Origin: an uncultured Gammaproteobacteria bacterium | Lineage (GTDB): Bacteria; Patescibacteriota; Patescibacteriia; Magasanikbacterales; GCA-002688135 | NCBI GenBank assembly: GCA_964536205.1 | Contig: CAZHVT010000004.1 | Location: 17,960-81,959, forward strand | DNA: 64,000 nucleotides | Direction: 5' to 3' | In this document: piece after piece, positions 1 through 11,819 of the stretch | How the letters are laid out: the number at the start of each line of letters is the position of its first letter | Numbering within the stretch: the stretch's first letter is position 1 | Program-made: the position numbers and the translations under genes | Notes under the pieces: model-generated | Seen by the model: the letters and a program-made list of their open reading frames with translations, nothing else | The model's database searches: none | Told to the model about the DNA's origin: nothing

Positions 1-13
1 AGAACTCGATCAG

Positions 14-283
14 TTGTTTGAGCAACTCGATAAGCCGAGCGAGGCACTTTATCTTTCGACGTCACCAAATCTAGCGGAATTCAAACGTCGGATGCGAAGA
101 ACACTCGCACCAAAAACAGTAACCGGACAAACCAAGCGAATGTTCAAGCAGGCGTCAATGATGTTTCGGCAGATGCGCAGCGAAAGAGGTGAGCCTACGG
201 TCTCGTATGCTGATCATTACAGACAAGTCAGAAAAAACAGACCAATCTGGAAAAGGGTTTTTGGCCTTTTCCGATTGTTGTAG
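14..283 (+). CDS. hypothetical protein (probably 5'-truncated by window edge)
   Basis: ORF near window start, stop just before the SD of the next ORF. Confidence 0.5.
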   Translation: MFEQLDKPSEALYLSTSPNLAEFKRRMRRTLAPKTVTGQTKRMFKQASMMFRQMRSERGEPTVSYADHYRQVRKNRPIWKRVFGLFRLL

Positions 284-292
284 GAGATAGTC

Positions 293-1285
293 ATGGATAG
301 TTTGTTTTCGTGGTTCAGGAGGGCAACAACCTCGTCTCATGGATTAGGGCCAATTCTTGATCCAATTCTAGAATTTCTTGAGCGACACTTCATGAAAGTC
401 GCATTCTCGCTTTCAATGTTTATCTTTGTGCCGGTCATCGCATGGATCCTGTTTTGGGCATCTGCTGGTGAAAAGCATCATGAGGTAATGTTGGTAAATG
501 GTGTCGCATACTCGCAAGAGCAAATCGATCACCAAATCAAAAGCGGTGCGATCAAAAAAAGCGATGTTGTGGTAACGGTTGAGAAAGAACCTCGTGTCGT
601 GTATGGGGCAGATAAAGGAAAGGTTAAGGTCGCGAAAGCGCTTTTGTTGTTTTCTTGGTTCTATTCCGTCGTAATGCTGATGGTTGCGTGGGGACTGTTG
701 TTTCTGGTTTCGCGCGTTATCGAAAAAGCCGCAAATTACGGAAAAGAGCGTGTATCACCTGTAACGGTGAGAGTGATGTTGCAAAAAGTGGCAAACGTGA
801 TTGCGTGGATATGTGTGGTCAATTTGCTGCTGGCCATCATGCCATTTGAGGATTACAATCCTCACCTCCTTCTGTTTTTCGTTGGCTTCTTCATTATGGC
901 AGCTCTCATGCGCGTGGGATGGATCATGGATCCACCAAAGGCCTTGCAGAGAATCGTCAGTTGGAGTCTTGTCCTGGCTGTTGGGGTTATCGTGTTTGTG
1001 GTTGGTATGAGTCCTGTCATGCCGAACACCAGCGCACAATACAACGGCAGCAGCGCAGATGGCGTCAGCGCGAGAGGTGCATGGGACAATTTCTGGCAGG
1101 ACATGGGAATCGCTGGAAAAAGGACACTGCATGATGTAGGAGGATGGGTTGTAGGTGATGATGATAAGCATCTGCGCAACAAGGCAGGTCGTCCACTTGT
1201 CAATTATGGCACGGACAAAACATCTTCTCGCAGCAGTAAAGAAACAAGCGATAAGGAGTTGCGGCAATTGCTGCAAGATCTTTAG
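293..1285 (+). CDS. hypothetical multi-pass membrane protein
   Basis: 330 aa ORF, ~5 hydrophobic segments, SD AGGAG upstream. Confidence 0.7.
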   Translation: MDSLFSWFRRATTSSHGLGPILDPILEFLERHFMKVAFSLSMFIFVPVIAWILFWASAGEKHHEVMLVNGVAYSQEQIDHQIKSGAIKKSDVVVTVEKEPRVVYGADKGKVKVAKALLLFSWFYSVVMLMVAWGLLFLVSRVIEKAANYGKERVSPVTVRVMLQKVANVIAWICVVNLLLAIMPFEDYNPHLLLFFVGFFIMAALMRVGWIMDPPKALQRIVSWSLVLAVGVIVFVVGMSPVMPNTSAQYNGSSADGVSARGAWDNFWQDMGIAGKRTLHDVGGWVVGDDDKHLRNKAGRPLVNYGTDKTSSRSSKETSDKELRQLLQDL

Positions 1286-1291
1286 TATAGT

Positions 1292-1322
1292 ACCCCGAAA
1301 TCTACGGATTGAGGGGTTTTTG
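1292..1322 (+). terminator. intrinsic terminator
   Basis: ACCCC..AATC-TACG-GATT..GGGGT followed by T run. Confidence 0.65.
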
Positions 1323-1350
1323 TTTTGTCCACAATCCTCATTTCGCCTAC

Positions 1351-1379
1351 TTGACATGAAAATCAACCCCAGTTATAAT
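1351..1379 (+). promoter_or_regulatory. sigma70 promoter of str operon
   Basis: TTGACA-17bp-TATAAT, perfect consensus. Confidence 0.85.
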
Positions 1380-1445
1380 AGCGACACTTACATTATGAAT
1401 CTCGAGGCTCTTATTTTTTTTGAAATGAGCTTCTCACGCAAGAGC

Positions 1446-1859
1446 ATGCCTACAGCAAACCAATTGGTTCGAAAACCAAGAAAACTCAAGAAATCAAAAA
1501 CAAAATCTCCGGCTATGGGTCGGGGGCTTGATACGTTGCACAGAAAAGTTACTAAAAATAACTCACCATTCAAACGTGGTGTATGTGTAAAAGTCACAAC
1601 TAAAACACCAAAGAAACCAAACTCGGCGCTTCGAAAGGTTGCGCGTGTGCGTTTATCAAATGGTGCAGAGGTGTGGGCATATATCGGAGGAGAAGGACAT
1701 AACCTACAAGAGCATTCAATTGTGCTTGTTCGTGGTGGACGTGTCCGTGATTTGCCGGGTGTGCGTTATCATGTTGTTCGTGGTGTCTATGACGCCGGTG
1801 CAGTAGAAGGACGAAATCAGTCACGATCGCTCTACGGATCTAAGAAACCAAAGAAATAG
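1446..1859 (+). CDS. rpsL: 30S ribosomal protein S12
   Basis: [10 protein letters not shown] start; [17 protein letters not shown] and [10 protein letters not shown] motifs. Confidence 0.98.
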   Translation: MPTANQLVRKPRKLKKSKTKSPAMGRGLDTLHRKVTKNNSPFKRGVCVKVTTKTPKKPNSALRKVARVRLSNGAEVWAYIGGEGHNLQEHSIVLVRGGRVRDLPGVRYHVVRGVYDAGAVEGRNQSRSLYGSKKPKK

Positions 1860-1860
1860 T

Positions 1861-2340
1861 ATGCGAGGTAAACCAGCACCAAAACGAGTAATCGATCCAG
1901 ATCCAAAATACAATTCCACAGTGGTGGCGAAATTTATCAATACCATCATGAAAAGTGGTAAAAAAACTACTGCACAAAATGTGGTCTATGGCGCAATGGA
2001 AATTATTGGAACAAAAGAATTTGAAGATAAAAAACTCGTTCCATTGGAAGTTTTCAATAAAGCAATGAAAAATATTGGACCATCTGTGGAAACTCGGTCA
2101 CGCCGTGTGGGTGGTGCAAACTACCAAATTCCACGAACAGTTCGACCAGAAAGACGACAAGCACTTGCATTCCGATGGATGATCGAAGCATCACGCAAGA
2201 AAAAAGGTAAAACAATGGCAGAAAAATTAGCATCAGAATTGATTGCCGCGTCACAAGGTGAAGGCGATGCAGTTAAGAAAAAGGCAGATGTCCAGAAAAT
2301 GGCGGAATCTAACCGTGCATTTGCGCACTTCGCACGCTAA
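1861..2340 (+). CDS. rpsG: 30S ribosomal protein S7
   Basis: RRVGGANYQIP, MAESNRAFAHF. Confidence 0.98.
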   Translation: MRGKPAPKRVIDPDPKYNSTVVAKFINTIMKSGKKTTAQNVVYGAMEIIGTKEFEDKKLVPLEVFNKAMKNIGPSVETRSRRVGGANYQIPRTVRPERRQALAFRWMIEASRKKKGKTMAEKLASELIAASQGEGDAVKKKADVQKMAESNRAFAHFAR

Positions 2341-2415
2341 TGTATGATTAAGTAGTATTTTTAAGATCCGCCGAAAGGCGGTTTCCTATTTCCAAAAAAT
2401 TATTTATAGAAACAT

Positions 2416-4497
2416 ATGCCCCGTCAATTCCCATTTGAAAAAGTACGAAACATCGGAATCATCGCTCATATCGATGCCGGAAAAACAACGGTAACGGAGC
2501 GCATTTTGTTTTACACAGGAAAGAAGCACAAAATCGGTGAGGTGCATGAAGGGGAGGCGACAATGGATTGGATGGAACAAGAACAAGAGCGAGGAATCAC
2601 AATTACATCTGCTGCAACAACAGCATTCTGGAATGATCATCGCTTAAACATTATTGATACGCCAGGACACATCGACTTTACTGTTGAGGTAAAGCGTTCA
2701 TTGCGAGTTCTTGATGGAGCGGTGGTGATTTTTGATGGTGTTGCCGGAGTAGAGCCACAATCAGAAACAAACTGGCATTACGCTGATGAATTTAGCGTGC
2801 CTCGCATTTGTTTCATTAATAAATTAGACAGAACGGGTGCGGATTTTTATGCAGACGTACAATCAATTCACGATCGTCTCACAAAAAATGCAGTACCGAT
2901 TCAGCTTCCAATCGGCGCAGAAGACGGATTTTTAGGCGTGATTGATTTGATTGAACAAAAATCTCATATCTTCAAAGATGATCTTGGAAAAGATGTTGAA
3001 GTTGGTGATATTCCGGAGGACATGAAAGAAAAAGCAGCAAAATATCGTGCAGAATTGATTGAAAAGATTGTAGAAAATGACGAAGATTTGATGAATGCAT
3101 ATTTGGAAGGAAATGAAATTCCAGTCGCAGATTTGAAACGCGTATTGCGAAAGGCTGTGGTTGCATTTGAGATTGTGCCTGTTTTATGTGGATCTGCATT
3201 GAAAAATAAGGGTGTCCAAATTTTGCTTGATGCGGTAGTAGATTATCTTCCATCACCACTAGATGTGCCCGCAACAAAAGGAAAAGATATTCATGATGAT
3301 GAAAAAGAAATCGAATGTCCTCCAGACGACTCAAAACCGTTTGCAGCACTCGCATTTAAAGTTGCGGTTGACCCATTCGTAGGACGATTAACTTTTTTCC
3401 GCGTCTATTCCGGAACACTCAAACAGGGGACAACAATTTTAAATAATACAACAGGGAAGAAAGAGCGTGTTGGTCGTATCGTTCGTATGCATGCAAATTC
3501 TCGTGAGGATGTGGATGAAGCATACGCAGGAGATATTGCAGCAGCTATCGGATTGAAAAATACATTTACTGGGCACACATTGACTGATGTAGATCATCCA
3601 TTAATGCTCGAGAAATTCACATTCCCAGAGCCAGTGATCTCCATGGCAGTTGAACCAAAAACAAAATCAGATCAAGAAAAAATGGGCGTAGCACTACAGA
3701 AACTCGCTGAAGAAGATCCAACATTCCGCGTCTATACAAATGAAGACACCATGCAAACGATTATTTGTGGGATGGGAGAACTTCATTTGGAAGTGATTGT
3801 TGATCGCATGCGCCGTGAATTTAAAGTTGAGGTTGGTGTTGGTCAGCCAGAAGTTGCATACAAAGAAACCATTACCAAAACAGCAGAAAATGTTGCCATC
3901 AAATACGTTAAGCAAACTGGTGGGCGCGGACAATACGGTCATGTTGTTATCAATATTGAACCACAAGAACGCGGTGTCGGATTTGAATTTATTGATAAAA
4001 TTAAAGGTGGGGTTATTCCAAAAGAATATATTCCAGCAGTTGAAAAGGGAATTAGTGGTGCACTTGATCGTGGAATTTTAGCCGGCTATCCTGTCATTGA
4101 TGTGAAAGCAACATTAGTTGACGGAAGTTATCATGATGTGGATTCATCTGAAGTCGCCTTTAAGATCGCAGGTTCTATGGCGATGCAAGCAGCTGCAAAA
4201 CAAGCAGGCTTGGCACTACTTGAACCAGTCATGAAAGTAGAGGTTTTGACACCAGAGCAATTCATGGGTGATGTGATCGGAAATTTAAACTCAAAACGTG
4301 GAACAGTTGATGAAATGTTAGAGCGAAAAGGTGTTCGAGTAGTTCGTGCACAAGTCCCTCTTTCAGAAATGTTTGGATATGCAACTGAATTGCGAAGTAT
4401 GACACAAGGACGTGCATCATACTCAATGGAGTTTGGTTCATACGAACAAGCACCACAAAATGTCGCAGCAGCAGTGATGGAGGGAAAAGCTAAGTAG
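2416..4497 (+). CDS. fusA: elongation factor G
   Basis: [31 protein letters not shown]. Confidence 0.99.
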   Translation: MPRQFPFEKVRNIGIIAHIDAGKTTVTERILFYTGKKHKIGEVHEGEATMDWMEQEQERGITITSAATTAFWNDHRLNIIDTPGHIDFTVEVKRSLRVLDGAVVIFDGVAGVEPQSETNWHYADEFSVPRICFINKLDRTGADFYADVQSIHDRLTKNAVPIQLPIGAEDGFLGVIDLIEQKSHIFKDDLGKDVEVGDIPEDMKEKAAKYRAELIEKIVENDEDLMNAYLEGNEIPVADLKRVLRKAVVAFEIVPVLCGSALKNKGVQILLDAVVDYLPSPLDVPATKGKDIHDDEKEIECPPDDSKPFAALAFKVAVDPFVGRLTFFRVYSGTLKQGTTILNNTTGKKERVGRIVRMHANSREDVDEAYAGDIAAAIGLKNTFTGHTLTDVDHPLMLEKFTFPEPVISMAVEPKTKSDQEKMGVALQKLAEEDPTFRVYTNEDTMQTIICGMGELHLEVIVDRMRREFKVEVGVGQPEVAYKETITKTAENVAIKYVKQTGGRGQYGHVVINIEPQERGVGFEFIDKIKGGVIPKEYIPAVEKGISGALDRGILAGYPVIDVKATLVDGSYHDVDSSEVAFKIAGSMAMQAAAKQAGLALLEPVMKVEVLTPEQFMGDVIGNLNSKRGTVDEMLERKGVRVVRAQVPLSEMFGYATELRSMTQGRASYSMEFGSYEQAPQNVAAAVMEGKAK

Positions 4498-4512
4498 ACT
4501 AACAGCGAACAT

Positions 4513-4836
4513 ATGGAATGGCAGAGAATTATAGACCTAGTGAAAAAAACAGGGGAGCGATGTGTCGTAATCGATCCAGATCATGATGAACCTGTGGTCG
4601 TTATGCCGTTATCGGATTATGAATTTTTAGCAGATCGTGATGAAGAAAACGAATTTGATTTTGGACTAGATGACATGCCCAGTGACATCCCATTTGAGCC
4701 AGAAGCAGATTGGATCCCAGATTTTGCACAAGAAGAAGAACCTGTTTTGGAAGTAATTGAAGAACATATTCATGAAGAAACAGAGCCACTTGCTACAGAA
4801 GAATCATGGTATATCGAACCAATTGAGGGCGAATAA
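4513..4836 (+). CDS. Phd/YefM-like N-terminal domain protein with acidic tail
   Basis: IIDLVKKTGERCVVID..PVVVMPLSDYE resembles the Phd/YefM pattern; D/E-rich C-terminal half. Confidence 0.55.
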   Translation: MEWQRIIDLVKKTGERCVVIDPDHDEPVVVMPLSDYEFLADRDEENEFDFGLDDMPSDIPFEPEADWIPDFAQEEEPVLEVIEEHIHEETEPLATEESWYIEPIEGE

Positions 4837-4886
4837 AGGATGTGGACAAAATCGGGATAAATAACCGATTTTAACCCCAAAAAGAC

Positions 4887-4915
4887 TTGCCAACATAATA
4901 AGGCTATGTTACAAT
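4887..4915 (+). promoter_or_regulatory. internal sigma70 promoter for tuf
   Basis: TTGCCA-17bp-TACAAT with TG extension. Confidence 0.65.
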
Positions 4916-4990
4916 TGCGACGTCATTTATCCACTAGAAACCAATTTCGTGGGATGACGTTAAATTTAAACTAAAATAAGATAAATATAT

Positions 4991-6181
4991 ATGGCAGAGC
5001 AATTCGACCGATCAAAGACACACGTCAACGTCGGTACAATCGGTCACGTTGACCACGGTAAAACCACAACAACTGCTGCACTTTTAGCAGTATTACGTTC
5101 TGGAGGAAAAACAGCACAAGACAAATCAATGGCTGAAATTGACGCAGCTCCAGAAGAGCGCGAACGTGGAATTACTATCAACACAGCTCACGTTGAATAT
5201 GAGACAGATGGACGTCATTACGCTCATATCGACTGTCCAGGTCACGCTGACTACATCAAAAACATGATTACAGGTGCTGCTCAAATGGACGGCGCAATTT
5301 TGGTAGTTTCAGCAACGGATGGTCCAATGCCACAAACACGTGAGCACATTTTGCTTGCTCGACAAGTTGGTGTGCCACATATCGTTGTATTTTTGAACAA
5401 AGTAGACCAAGTTGATGATTCAGAATTGCTCGATCTCGTAGAAGAAGAAATTCGTGATTTGTTGAAGAAATACGAATTCCCTGGAGACGAAACTCCTATC
5501 ATCCGAGGATCAGCTTTAAAAGCTCTTGAAAATCCAGAAGATGAAGCTGCAACAAAACCAATTCATGATTTGCTCGCAGCACTTGATTCATACATTCCAG
5601 ATCCAGTTCGTGACACAGACAAGGATTTCTTGATGCCTGTTGAAGATATCTTCTCAATTGAAGGTCGTGGAACAGTTGCAACAGGAAGAATCGAACGTGG
5701 AACAGTCAACATTAACGATGAAGTAGAAATTGTTGGATTCGGAGATGTGCAAAAAACAGTTATCACGGGAATCGAAATGTTTAACAAACAACTCGATAAG
5801 GGAATGGCTGGTGACAATGCTGGATTGCTCATGCGTGGAACTAAGAAAGATGAAATCGAACGTGGAATGGTTTTGGCAAAGGCTGGAACAGTTACTCCAC
5901 ACACAGAATTCGATGTTGAAATCTATGCTCTTACAAAAGAAGAGGGTGGACGACACAAACCATTCATGACTGGATACAAACCACAGTTCTACATCCGAAC
6001 AACTGACGTGACTGGAGAAATCAAGTTGAAAGAAGGTACAGAAATGGTTATGCCTGGGGATACATTCCAAGGTGCAGTAACATTGATTTCACCAATCGCA
6101 TTGGAAGAAAAGCAAAAATTCAGCATCCGTGAAGGTGGAAAAACAGTTGGTGCTGGTATCGTATTGAAGATTAATAAATAA
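4991..6181 (+). CDS. tuf: elongation factor Tu
   Basis: [29 protein letters not shown]. Confidence 0.99.
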   Translation: MAEQFDRSKTHVNVGTIGHVDHGKTTTTAALLAVLRSGGKTAQDKSMAEIDAAPEERERGITINTAHVEYETDGRHYAHIDCPGHADYIKNMITGAAQMDGAILVVSATDGPMPQTREHILLARQVGVPHIVVFLNKVDQVDDSELLDLVEEEIRDLLKKYEFPGDETPIIRGSALKALENPEDEAATKPIHDLLAALDSYIPDPVRDTDKDFLMPVEDIFSIEGRGTVATGRIERGTVNINDEVEIVGFGDVQKTVITGIEMFNKQLDKGMAGDNAGLLMRGTKKDEIERGMVLAKAGTVTPHTEFDVEIYALTKEEGGRHKPFMTGYKPQFYIRTTDVTGEIKLKEGTEMVMPGDTFQGAVTLISPIALEEKQKFSIREGGKTVGAGIVLKINK

Positions 6182-6217
6182 TGAACTCCCTGCGAAAGCA
6201 GGGTTTTCTCGTGTCTC

Positions 6218-6562
6218 ATGTCTGCAAAAGAGGATAACAAAAAACCGGAAGGCGAGGTTTCAAATCGCATCCGCATCAAAATCAGAGCATTCGATCACAA
6301 AATTGTTGATGAATCAGTTAAGAATATTGTGGAAACTGCAGAGCGATCAGGCGCTAAGGTCGTAGGGCCAGTGCCGTTGCCAACAGAAAAAAGCAAGATG
6401 ACTGTGAATCGTTCAACATTTGTACACAAAGATGCACGAGAACAGTACGAAGTTCGTACGCACAAGCGATTGATGGATATCATCAATCCAACTCCAAAAA
6501 CAGTAGATAACTTGATGAATTTGAATCTACCGGCAGGAGTAAACATCGAAATTAAAATGTGA
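6218..6562 (+). CDS. rpsJ: 30S ribosomal protein S10
   Basis: [18 protein letters not shown]. Confidence 0.97.
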   Translation: MSAKEDNKKPEGEVSNRIRIKIRAFDHKIVDESVKNIVETAERSGAKVVGPVPLPTEKSKMTVNRSTFVHKDAREQYEVRTHKRLMDIINPTPKTVDNLMNLNLPAGVNIEIKM

Positions 6563-6719
6563 GATATCGCTACACGATATTTCATCACCCGACAGGGTGA
6601 TCTAATAATTAACAATAAGATGGGCGCCGGATCTCAGCAGATACAGTCTTCTGAGATCCGGAACTCATCCGGAAACTGATCCAAGATAAAGGTATAAGAT
6701 CCAACAGAACCTTCTTAAT

Positions 6720-6855
6720 AAAATAATTGTTTGTAGATACAAATTCGTTTTGGCTGCAAAGCGCTCAAAGCTCCTCGACGATACTTCGGTATCGCCTCAT
6801 CGCTTATTCACGCTTTTCGCCGAAAACGATATTCATATCTACTAAACACTATTTT
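6720..6855. repeat. long bulged hairpin element (related to 14124-14286)
   Basis: Imperfect inverted repeat; core TCAAAGCTC..ACGAT..ATCGC..TCGCTT.TTCA shared with the 14.2 kb copy. Confidence 0.7.
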
Positions 6856-7024
6856 ATCAAAAAGATTCATGGAAAACATACCCACATCACGGAATCAGAG
6901 GAGTATAAAGAAGATACATGCGGATTCCCGAATGGAATTCGTACACAATTCGACATATTAAGGCATGCATAGCATGTCATGTTGAGTGGTATCCTTTATA
7001 TTCATTAGAGATACCTCTTTTTTT

Positions 7025-7843
7025 ATGAAATGTATCATTGGAAGAAAATTGGAAATGACTCGAATTTTTGACGAGCAGGGGACAGCGACTCCCGTGACTG
7101 TTATTGCTGCACCAAAACAAGTGGTTACGCAGGTTCGTGAACGTGCAATTCAAGTGGGGTGTGAATCTGTAAAAAAGAACGTCAAAAAAGCACAACAAGG
7201 TCATTTGAAAGGATTGCCAATGATGAAAGTCATGCGCGATTTCAAAATTACCGACGATCAATTATTTGAGCGTGGTGATTCTTGGGATGCTGGCGTATTT
7301 GAAAAAGGGGATAAGGTAACCGTAACAGGTCATGCAAAAGGACGTGGATTTCAAGGTGTGGTGAAACGATGGGGATTCCATGGTTCACCAGCATCTCACG
7401 GACACAAAGATCAGTTGCGTATGCCTGGTTCAATTGCATCACGAACACAAGGTCCTGTGGCAAAAGGAAAGAAGATGGGTGGTCACATGGGAACAAATCG
7501 TGTGAGTGTTCATAATATTGCAGTCGTAGATATCAATCCTGAAGCTGGATTATTGTACTTGAAGGGAGCAATTCCTGGAGCACGCGGTTCAGTGGTATTG
7601 GTTAAAGGATTGGGTGAAATGGTTGTCGAGAAAACGAAAAAACAAGAAAGCGAAAAAACAGAAGAAACACCAGCAGAACCAAAAGCTGAGGTTGTTGAGG
7701 AAGTAAAAGAAGCGGTTGTAGAAGAGTCAAAAGCTGAAGAGAAAGTAGAATCATCTGAAGAGAAAAAACCAGAAGCAGTTGAAGAAAAACAAGAAGTTGC
7801 AGAAGAACCAAAAGCCGAGGAGGCGGCAGAAGAGACTAAATAA
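7025..7843 (+). CDS. rplC: 50S ribosomal protein L3 with E/K-rich C-terminal extension
   Basis: KGRGFQGVVKRWGF, RMPGSI; start MKCIIGRK. Confidence 0.97.
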   Translation: MKCIIGRKLEMTRIFDEQGTATPVTVIAAPKQVVTQVRERAIQVGCESVKKNVKKAQQGHLKGLPMMKVMRDFKITDDQLFERGDSWDAGVFEKGDKVTVTGHAKGRGFQGVVKRWGFHGSPASHGHKDQLRMPGSIASRTQGPVAKGKKMGGHMGTNRVSVHNIAVVDINPEAGLLYLKGAIPGARGSVVLVKGLGEMVVEKTKKQESEKTEETPAEPKAEVVEEVKEAVVEESKAEEKVESSEEKKPEAVEEKQEVAEEPKAEEAAEETK

Positions 7844-7881
7844 AATCATAGAACGTAGAACATAGAACGTACAACATTAAT

Positions 7882-8511
7882 ATGAAAGCACCTCTGTACA
7901 ACATCAAAGGAGAAAAACAGCGGGAAGTCGAACTTCCAGCAGCTGTCTTTGGTGTAGAAACAGAAGCTTCAATTATTCAAGAAGTAGTAGTAGCTTTTGA
8001 GGCAAATCAACGTCAGCAATTCGCACATACAAAAGATCGTGGAGATGTTTCAGGTGGTGGTAAAAAACCATGGAAGCAAAAAGGAACAGGACGTGCGCGT
8101 CATGGATCTATCCGGTCACCTTTGTGGGTTGGTGGTGGTGTGACATTTGGTCCACGCAATAACAGAAATTTCAAAAAGAAAGTAAACAAAAAAGTTGCAC
8201 GAAAAGCACTCAAAATGGTGTTGTCAGATCGTGCATCACATGGAGTCGTATCTTTGATTGATACCTTTGATTTGAAAGAAGGTAAAACAAAAACATGCGC
8301 ACAGCTCGTGAAAGCGGTTGGTGCTGAAAAAGCAAAACGCGTGTTGTTTGTTACAAATGGTGTCAACAAAGATGTGGTTCGATGTGTAAATAATATCCCT
8401 AACGCAGAAGTTACTTCTGTGGCGGACCTTAATGCATACACTGCGATTAAGCATAAAGCATTGGTCATGGAGGAAGGAACAATCGAAGCATTAACCACAC
8501 GATTGAAATAA
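7882..8511 (+). CDS. rplD: 50S ribosomal protein L4
   Basis: KPWKQKGTGRARHGSIRSPLWVGGG. Confidence 0.98.
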   Translation: MKAPLYNIKGEKQREVELPAAVFGVETEASIIQEVVVAFEANQRQQFAHTKDRGDVSGGGKKPWKQKGTGRARHGSIRSPLWVGGGVTFGPRNNRNFKKKVNKKVARKALKMVLSDRASHGVVSLIDTFDLKEGKTKTCAQLVKAVGAEKAKRVLFVTNGVNKDVVRCVNNIPNAEVTSVADLNAYTAIKHKALVMEEGTIEALTTRLK

Positions 8512-8515
8512 TTGT

Positions 8516-9025
8516 ATGTCATTCTTAGGAAAATGGTTTAAAAAGGATAAGCAAGAACGTCTGGATAAACAGACAGATGTTGATGTTGATGCAGAACAAA
8601 AAATCGAAAAATCGAAAAAACCAGAAATCGATAGAACTGAGATAAAATCTGAAAAGAAAAAGGAAGATGCAAAAAAAGCAGGTACTAAGAAAGATGAGGA
8701 AGAAAAAGTAGATGCGCCAATGATGACACTGAAAACGCCAGACTACATGTCGAATATCATTAAGCGATTGCATGTAACAGAAAAGGCTGCAGATGCTGAA
8801 TCACAATCAGTTTACACATTTGTAGTAGACATGAAGGCAACAAAGAATGAAATTGCTAAAGAGATTAAACGTACATATAACGTGACACCTGAAAAAATTC
8901 GTGTCATGAATATGCGTGGGAAACGAGTACGATGGGGTCGAAATCGTGGGCAGCGTTCAGGTTGGAGAAAAGCTATGGTTGCTTTGAAAAAGGGTGAAAA
9001 GATTAATCTTCACGAAGGAACTTAA
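8516..9025 (+). CDS. rplW: 50S ribosomal protein L23 with charged N-terminal extension
   Basis: [24 protein letters not shown]; position in S10 operon. Confidence 0.93.
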   Translation: MSFLGKWFKKDKQERLDKQTDVDVDAEQKIEKSKKPEIDRTEIKSEKKKEDAKKAGTKKDEEEKVDAPMMTLKTPDYMSNIIKRLHVTEKAADAESQSVYTFVVDMKATKNEIAKEIKRTYNVTPEKIRVMNMRGKRVRWGRNRGQRSGWRKAMVALKKGEKINLHEGT

Positions 9026-9030
9026 TTCGT

Positions 9031-9870
9031 ATGGCGATTAAACGATATAAACCAACAACTCCCGGAAGACGCAAATCTAGTGTGAACACCACAAAAGATT
9101 TGACGCAGAAACGACCGGAAAAAAGTTTGCGTGTTATCAAAAAGCGAAAAGCTGGACGATCACGTGGGCGAATTGCGGTACGTCATCGTGGTGGGGGAGC
9201 AAAACGGTTTATTCGAATTATCGATTTCAAACGAACAAAGTTTGATGTACCTGCAACAGTTACTGCGGTAGAATACGATCCAAATCGTGGAGCACGCATC
9301 ATGTTGTTGCTATACAAAGATGGTGAAAAACGATATTCATTGGCGCCACAAAAAATCAAAGAAGGTGATACGGTTATTTCATCTGAAAAAGAAGTTGATT
9401 TGAAACCAGGAAACAGAACAAAGTTGAAAAACATTCCGGTAGGTTTGGATGTGCATGATATCGAATTGCAGCCGGGCGCAGGATCACGCATGGTTCGCGG
9501 CGCTGGAGGTTCAGCTCGATTGCGTGCATTGGAAGGAAAATACGCATTGATCAAATTGCCATCAGGAGAAATTCGAAAGGTATTGGCAGAATGTAGTGCG
9601 ACACTCGGCGCTGTTTCAAATCCAGATCACAACTTGGTTCGATACGGAAAAGCTGGCCGAACACGTCACCGAGGTTTCCGACCAACAGTTCGTGGTAAGG
9701 TTATGAATCCATGTGATCACCCTCACGGTGGTGGTGAAGGTTCTACCTCAATTGGTATGACTCATCCAAAAACACCATGGGGAAAGCACGCATTGGGTGT
9801 CAGAACACGAAAGTCGAAAAAGTTCAGCAACAAATTTATTGTAAAACGTCGTTACCATAAAGGAAGGTAA
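9031..9870 (+). CDS. rplB: 50S ribosomal protein L2
   Basis: [19 protein letters not shown]. Confidence 0.99.
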   Translation: MAIKRYKPTTPGRRKSSVNTTKDLTQKRPEKSLRVIKKRKAGRSRGRIAVRHRGGGAKRFIRIIDFKRTKFDVPATVTAVEYDPNRGARIMLLLYKDGEKRYSLAPQKIKEGDTVISSEKEVDLKPGNRTKLKNIPVGLDVHDIELQPGAGSRMVRGAGGSARLRALEGKYALIKLPSGEIRKVLAECSATLGAVSNPDHNLVRYGKAGRTRHRGFRPTVRGKVMNPCDHPHGGGEGSTSIGMTHPKTPWGKHALGVRTRKSKKFSNKFIVKRRYHKGR

Positions 9871-9874
9871 ACAA

Positions 9875-9941
9875 AGCGATTAGCGTCTAGCGTTTAGCGT
9901 TTAGAAAATTTCTAATCGCTAAACGCTGTACGCTATACGCT
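9875..9941. repeat. inverted TAGCGnn heptamer tandem repeat
   Basis: TAGCGTC TAGCGTT TAGCGTT ... AATCGCT AAACGCT arms. Confidence 0.8.
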
Positions 9942-9949
9942 CAAATATT

Positions 9950-10234
9950 ATGTCTAGAAGTCTTAAAAAAGGACCATACGTTGACGAGAAACTGATGAAA
10001 AAAATCGGGAAGTTAAAGCAAGGTGATTCTACGGTCGTGAAAACCTGGGCTCGTCATTCAACAATCGCTCCGCAAATGGTGGGATTTACGATTGGTGTAC
10101 ACAATGGAAAGGATCATATTCCTGTGTATGTTGTTGAAAATATGGTTGGACATAAATTAGGTGAATTTGCTCCAACACGTAAATTTGTTCGTCATGGTGG
10201 TAAATTACAAAAGACACAAGAGAAGAAAAAATAG
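9950..10234 (+). CDS. rpsS: 30S ribosomal protein S19
   Basis: [21 protein letters not shown]. Confidence 0.98.
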   Translation: MSRSLKKGPYVDEKLMKKIGKLKQGDSTVVKTWARHSTIAPQMVGFTIGVHNGKDHIPVYVVENMVGHKLGEFAPTRKFVRHGGKLQKTQEKKK

Positions 10235-10237
10235 AAT

Positions 10238-10705
10238 ATGGATATTAAAGCACACGCAAAATTTGTTCGAATCTCACCACGCAAAGTTCGCTTGGTAACA
10301 GGTTTAGTGAAAGGCATGACAGTGCCGCATGCGTTGGTGCAATTAAAAATGACAACAAAACGATCAGCTCCAGTAGTCAAAAAGTTGATCGAATCAGCAA
10401 TGGCAAATGCTCGCCATAATTTCAAGGTAGACCCTGAAGCGCTTGTGATTTCAGAAGCGCTGGTGAACCAAGGGCCGACCATGAAAAGATGGCGACCGCG
10501 TGCCATGGGGCGTGCAGCGAAAATTCGCAAACGCACATCACATATCAGCATCACACTTTCAGATATGAAGGGAGATGCAAAACCAGTTGAAAAAACTGAA
10601 GCGGTAAAGGAAGAAAAACCAAAAGTCGAAGCAAAAAAGGATGCAGCAGAAGCTCCAAAGAAACCAGAAAAGAAGCAGGAAGAGGCAAAGGCCGCAAAAA
10701 AATAA
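10238..10705 (+). CDS. rplV: 50S ribosomal protein L22 with K/E/A-rich tail
   Basis: RISPRKVRLV, RPRAMGRA..IRKRTSHI. Confidence 0.97.
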   Translation: MDIKAHAKFVRISPRKVRLVTGLVKGMTVPHALVQLKMTTKRSAPVVKKLIESAMANARHNFKVDPEALVISEALVNQGPTMKRWRPRAMGRAAKIRKRTSHISITLSDMKGDAKPVEKTEAVKEEKPKVEAKKDAAEAPKKPEKKQEEAKAAKK

Positions 10706-10735
10706 TTCTTGATTCATAATTCATAATTCCTACAC

Positions 10736-11383
10736 ATGGGTCACAAAGTACATCCAAAAATTTTCCGCATGCAGGTCATCTACAAATGGCCATCACGTTG
10801 GTTTGCGAAATTGAATAAAGAAGAGTATCGAAAAAATCTTCGACAAGATATTGAGATGCGCGAATTTATTCGTAAGCAATGTAAAGATGCGGGCGTGGAT
10901 GAAATTAAGGTAGAACGTGACTTATCAGGAGAGGTAACCATCACATTGACAGTCGCAAAGCCAGGGCTTATTATTGGTCGCGGTGGATCGGGTGTTGAGG
11001 ATCTCACAACAAAACTTGAAAAGAAGATTTTGAAGGGAAAGAATAAGATTCGCATGAATGTGGTTGAAATCAAGAAACCAAATCTTTCAGCTCGAGTTGT
11101 TGGAATGAACATGGCTGCAGATCTTGAAAAACGAATGCCATATCGTCGTGTATTGAAACAGGCACTTGATCGAGTTGATAAAGCAGGAGCAAAAGGTGTG
11201 CGCGTTATGGTTGCAGGTCGATTAAATGGTGCAGATATTGCTCGCCGCGAAACATTATCACGTGGAAAAATTCCTTTACAGAATCTTCGTGCAGATATTG
11301 ATTATGCGCGTGTGAATGCTCACACCATTTACGGAGTGATTGGAATTAAGGTATGGATTTATAAAGGTGAGGTGTTCGAATAA
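10736..11383 (+). CDS. rpsC: 30S ribosomal protein S3
   Basis: [27 protein letters not shown]. Confidence 0.98.
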   Translation: MGHKVHPKIFRMQVIYKWPSRWFAKLNKEEYRKNLRQDIEMREFIRKQCKDAGVDEIKVERDLSGEVTITLTVAKPGLIIGRGGSGVEDLTTKLEKKILKGKNKIRMNVVEIKKPNLSARVVGMNMAADLEKRMPYRRVLKQALDRVDKAGAKGVRVMVAGRLNGADIARRETLSRGKIPLQNLRADIDYARVNAHTIYGVIGIKVWIYKGEVFE

Positions 11384-11388
11384 GTTAT

Positions 11389-11814
11389 ATGTTGATCCCA
11401 AAGAAAGTAAAACACAGAAAGTGGCATAAAGGACGTCGTCGCAACAAAGGTGTTGCACAAACAAAGACGACGGTTGATTTTGGTGCATATGGATTGAAAT
11501 CACAGTCACACGCTTGGGTAACATCCCGACAAATTGAGGCTGCACGTCGTGCAATTACACGTCACATCAAACGTGGTGGAAAGCTCTGGATTCGTATTTT
11601 CCCGGACAAACCAATTACCAAAAAAGGTAATGAAATGCCTATGGGAAAAGGAAAGGGAGCTGTTGATCACTATGTGGCAATTGTAAAACCAGGATGTATT
11701 ATTTTCGAATTGGATGGTGTTGAGAAAGATCTAGCGAGACGAGCATTCGAATTGGCAGCACACAAATTACCAGTCAAAACTTTGTTTGTTGAGAAAAATG
11801 AAATCAGAATTTAA
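11389..11814 (+). CDS. rplP: 50S ribosomal protein L16
   Basis: [24 protein letters not shown]. Confidence 0.98.
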   Translation: MLIPKKVKHRKWHKGRRRNKGVAQTKTTVDFGAYGLKSQSHAWVTSRQIEAARRAITRHIKRGGKLWIRIFPDKPITKKGNEMPMGKGKGAVDHYVAIVKPGCIIFELDGVEKDLARRAFELAAHKLPVKTLFVEKNEIRI

Positions 11815-11819
11815 GTTAT

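Noticed and set aside
1155-1445. Long N-terminal extensions in the ORF track (rpsL, also rplC, secY, pth, ymdB)
   Set aside because: They run through promoters, repeats or neighbouring genes; the conserved N-termini start at later ATGs.
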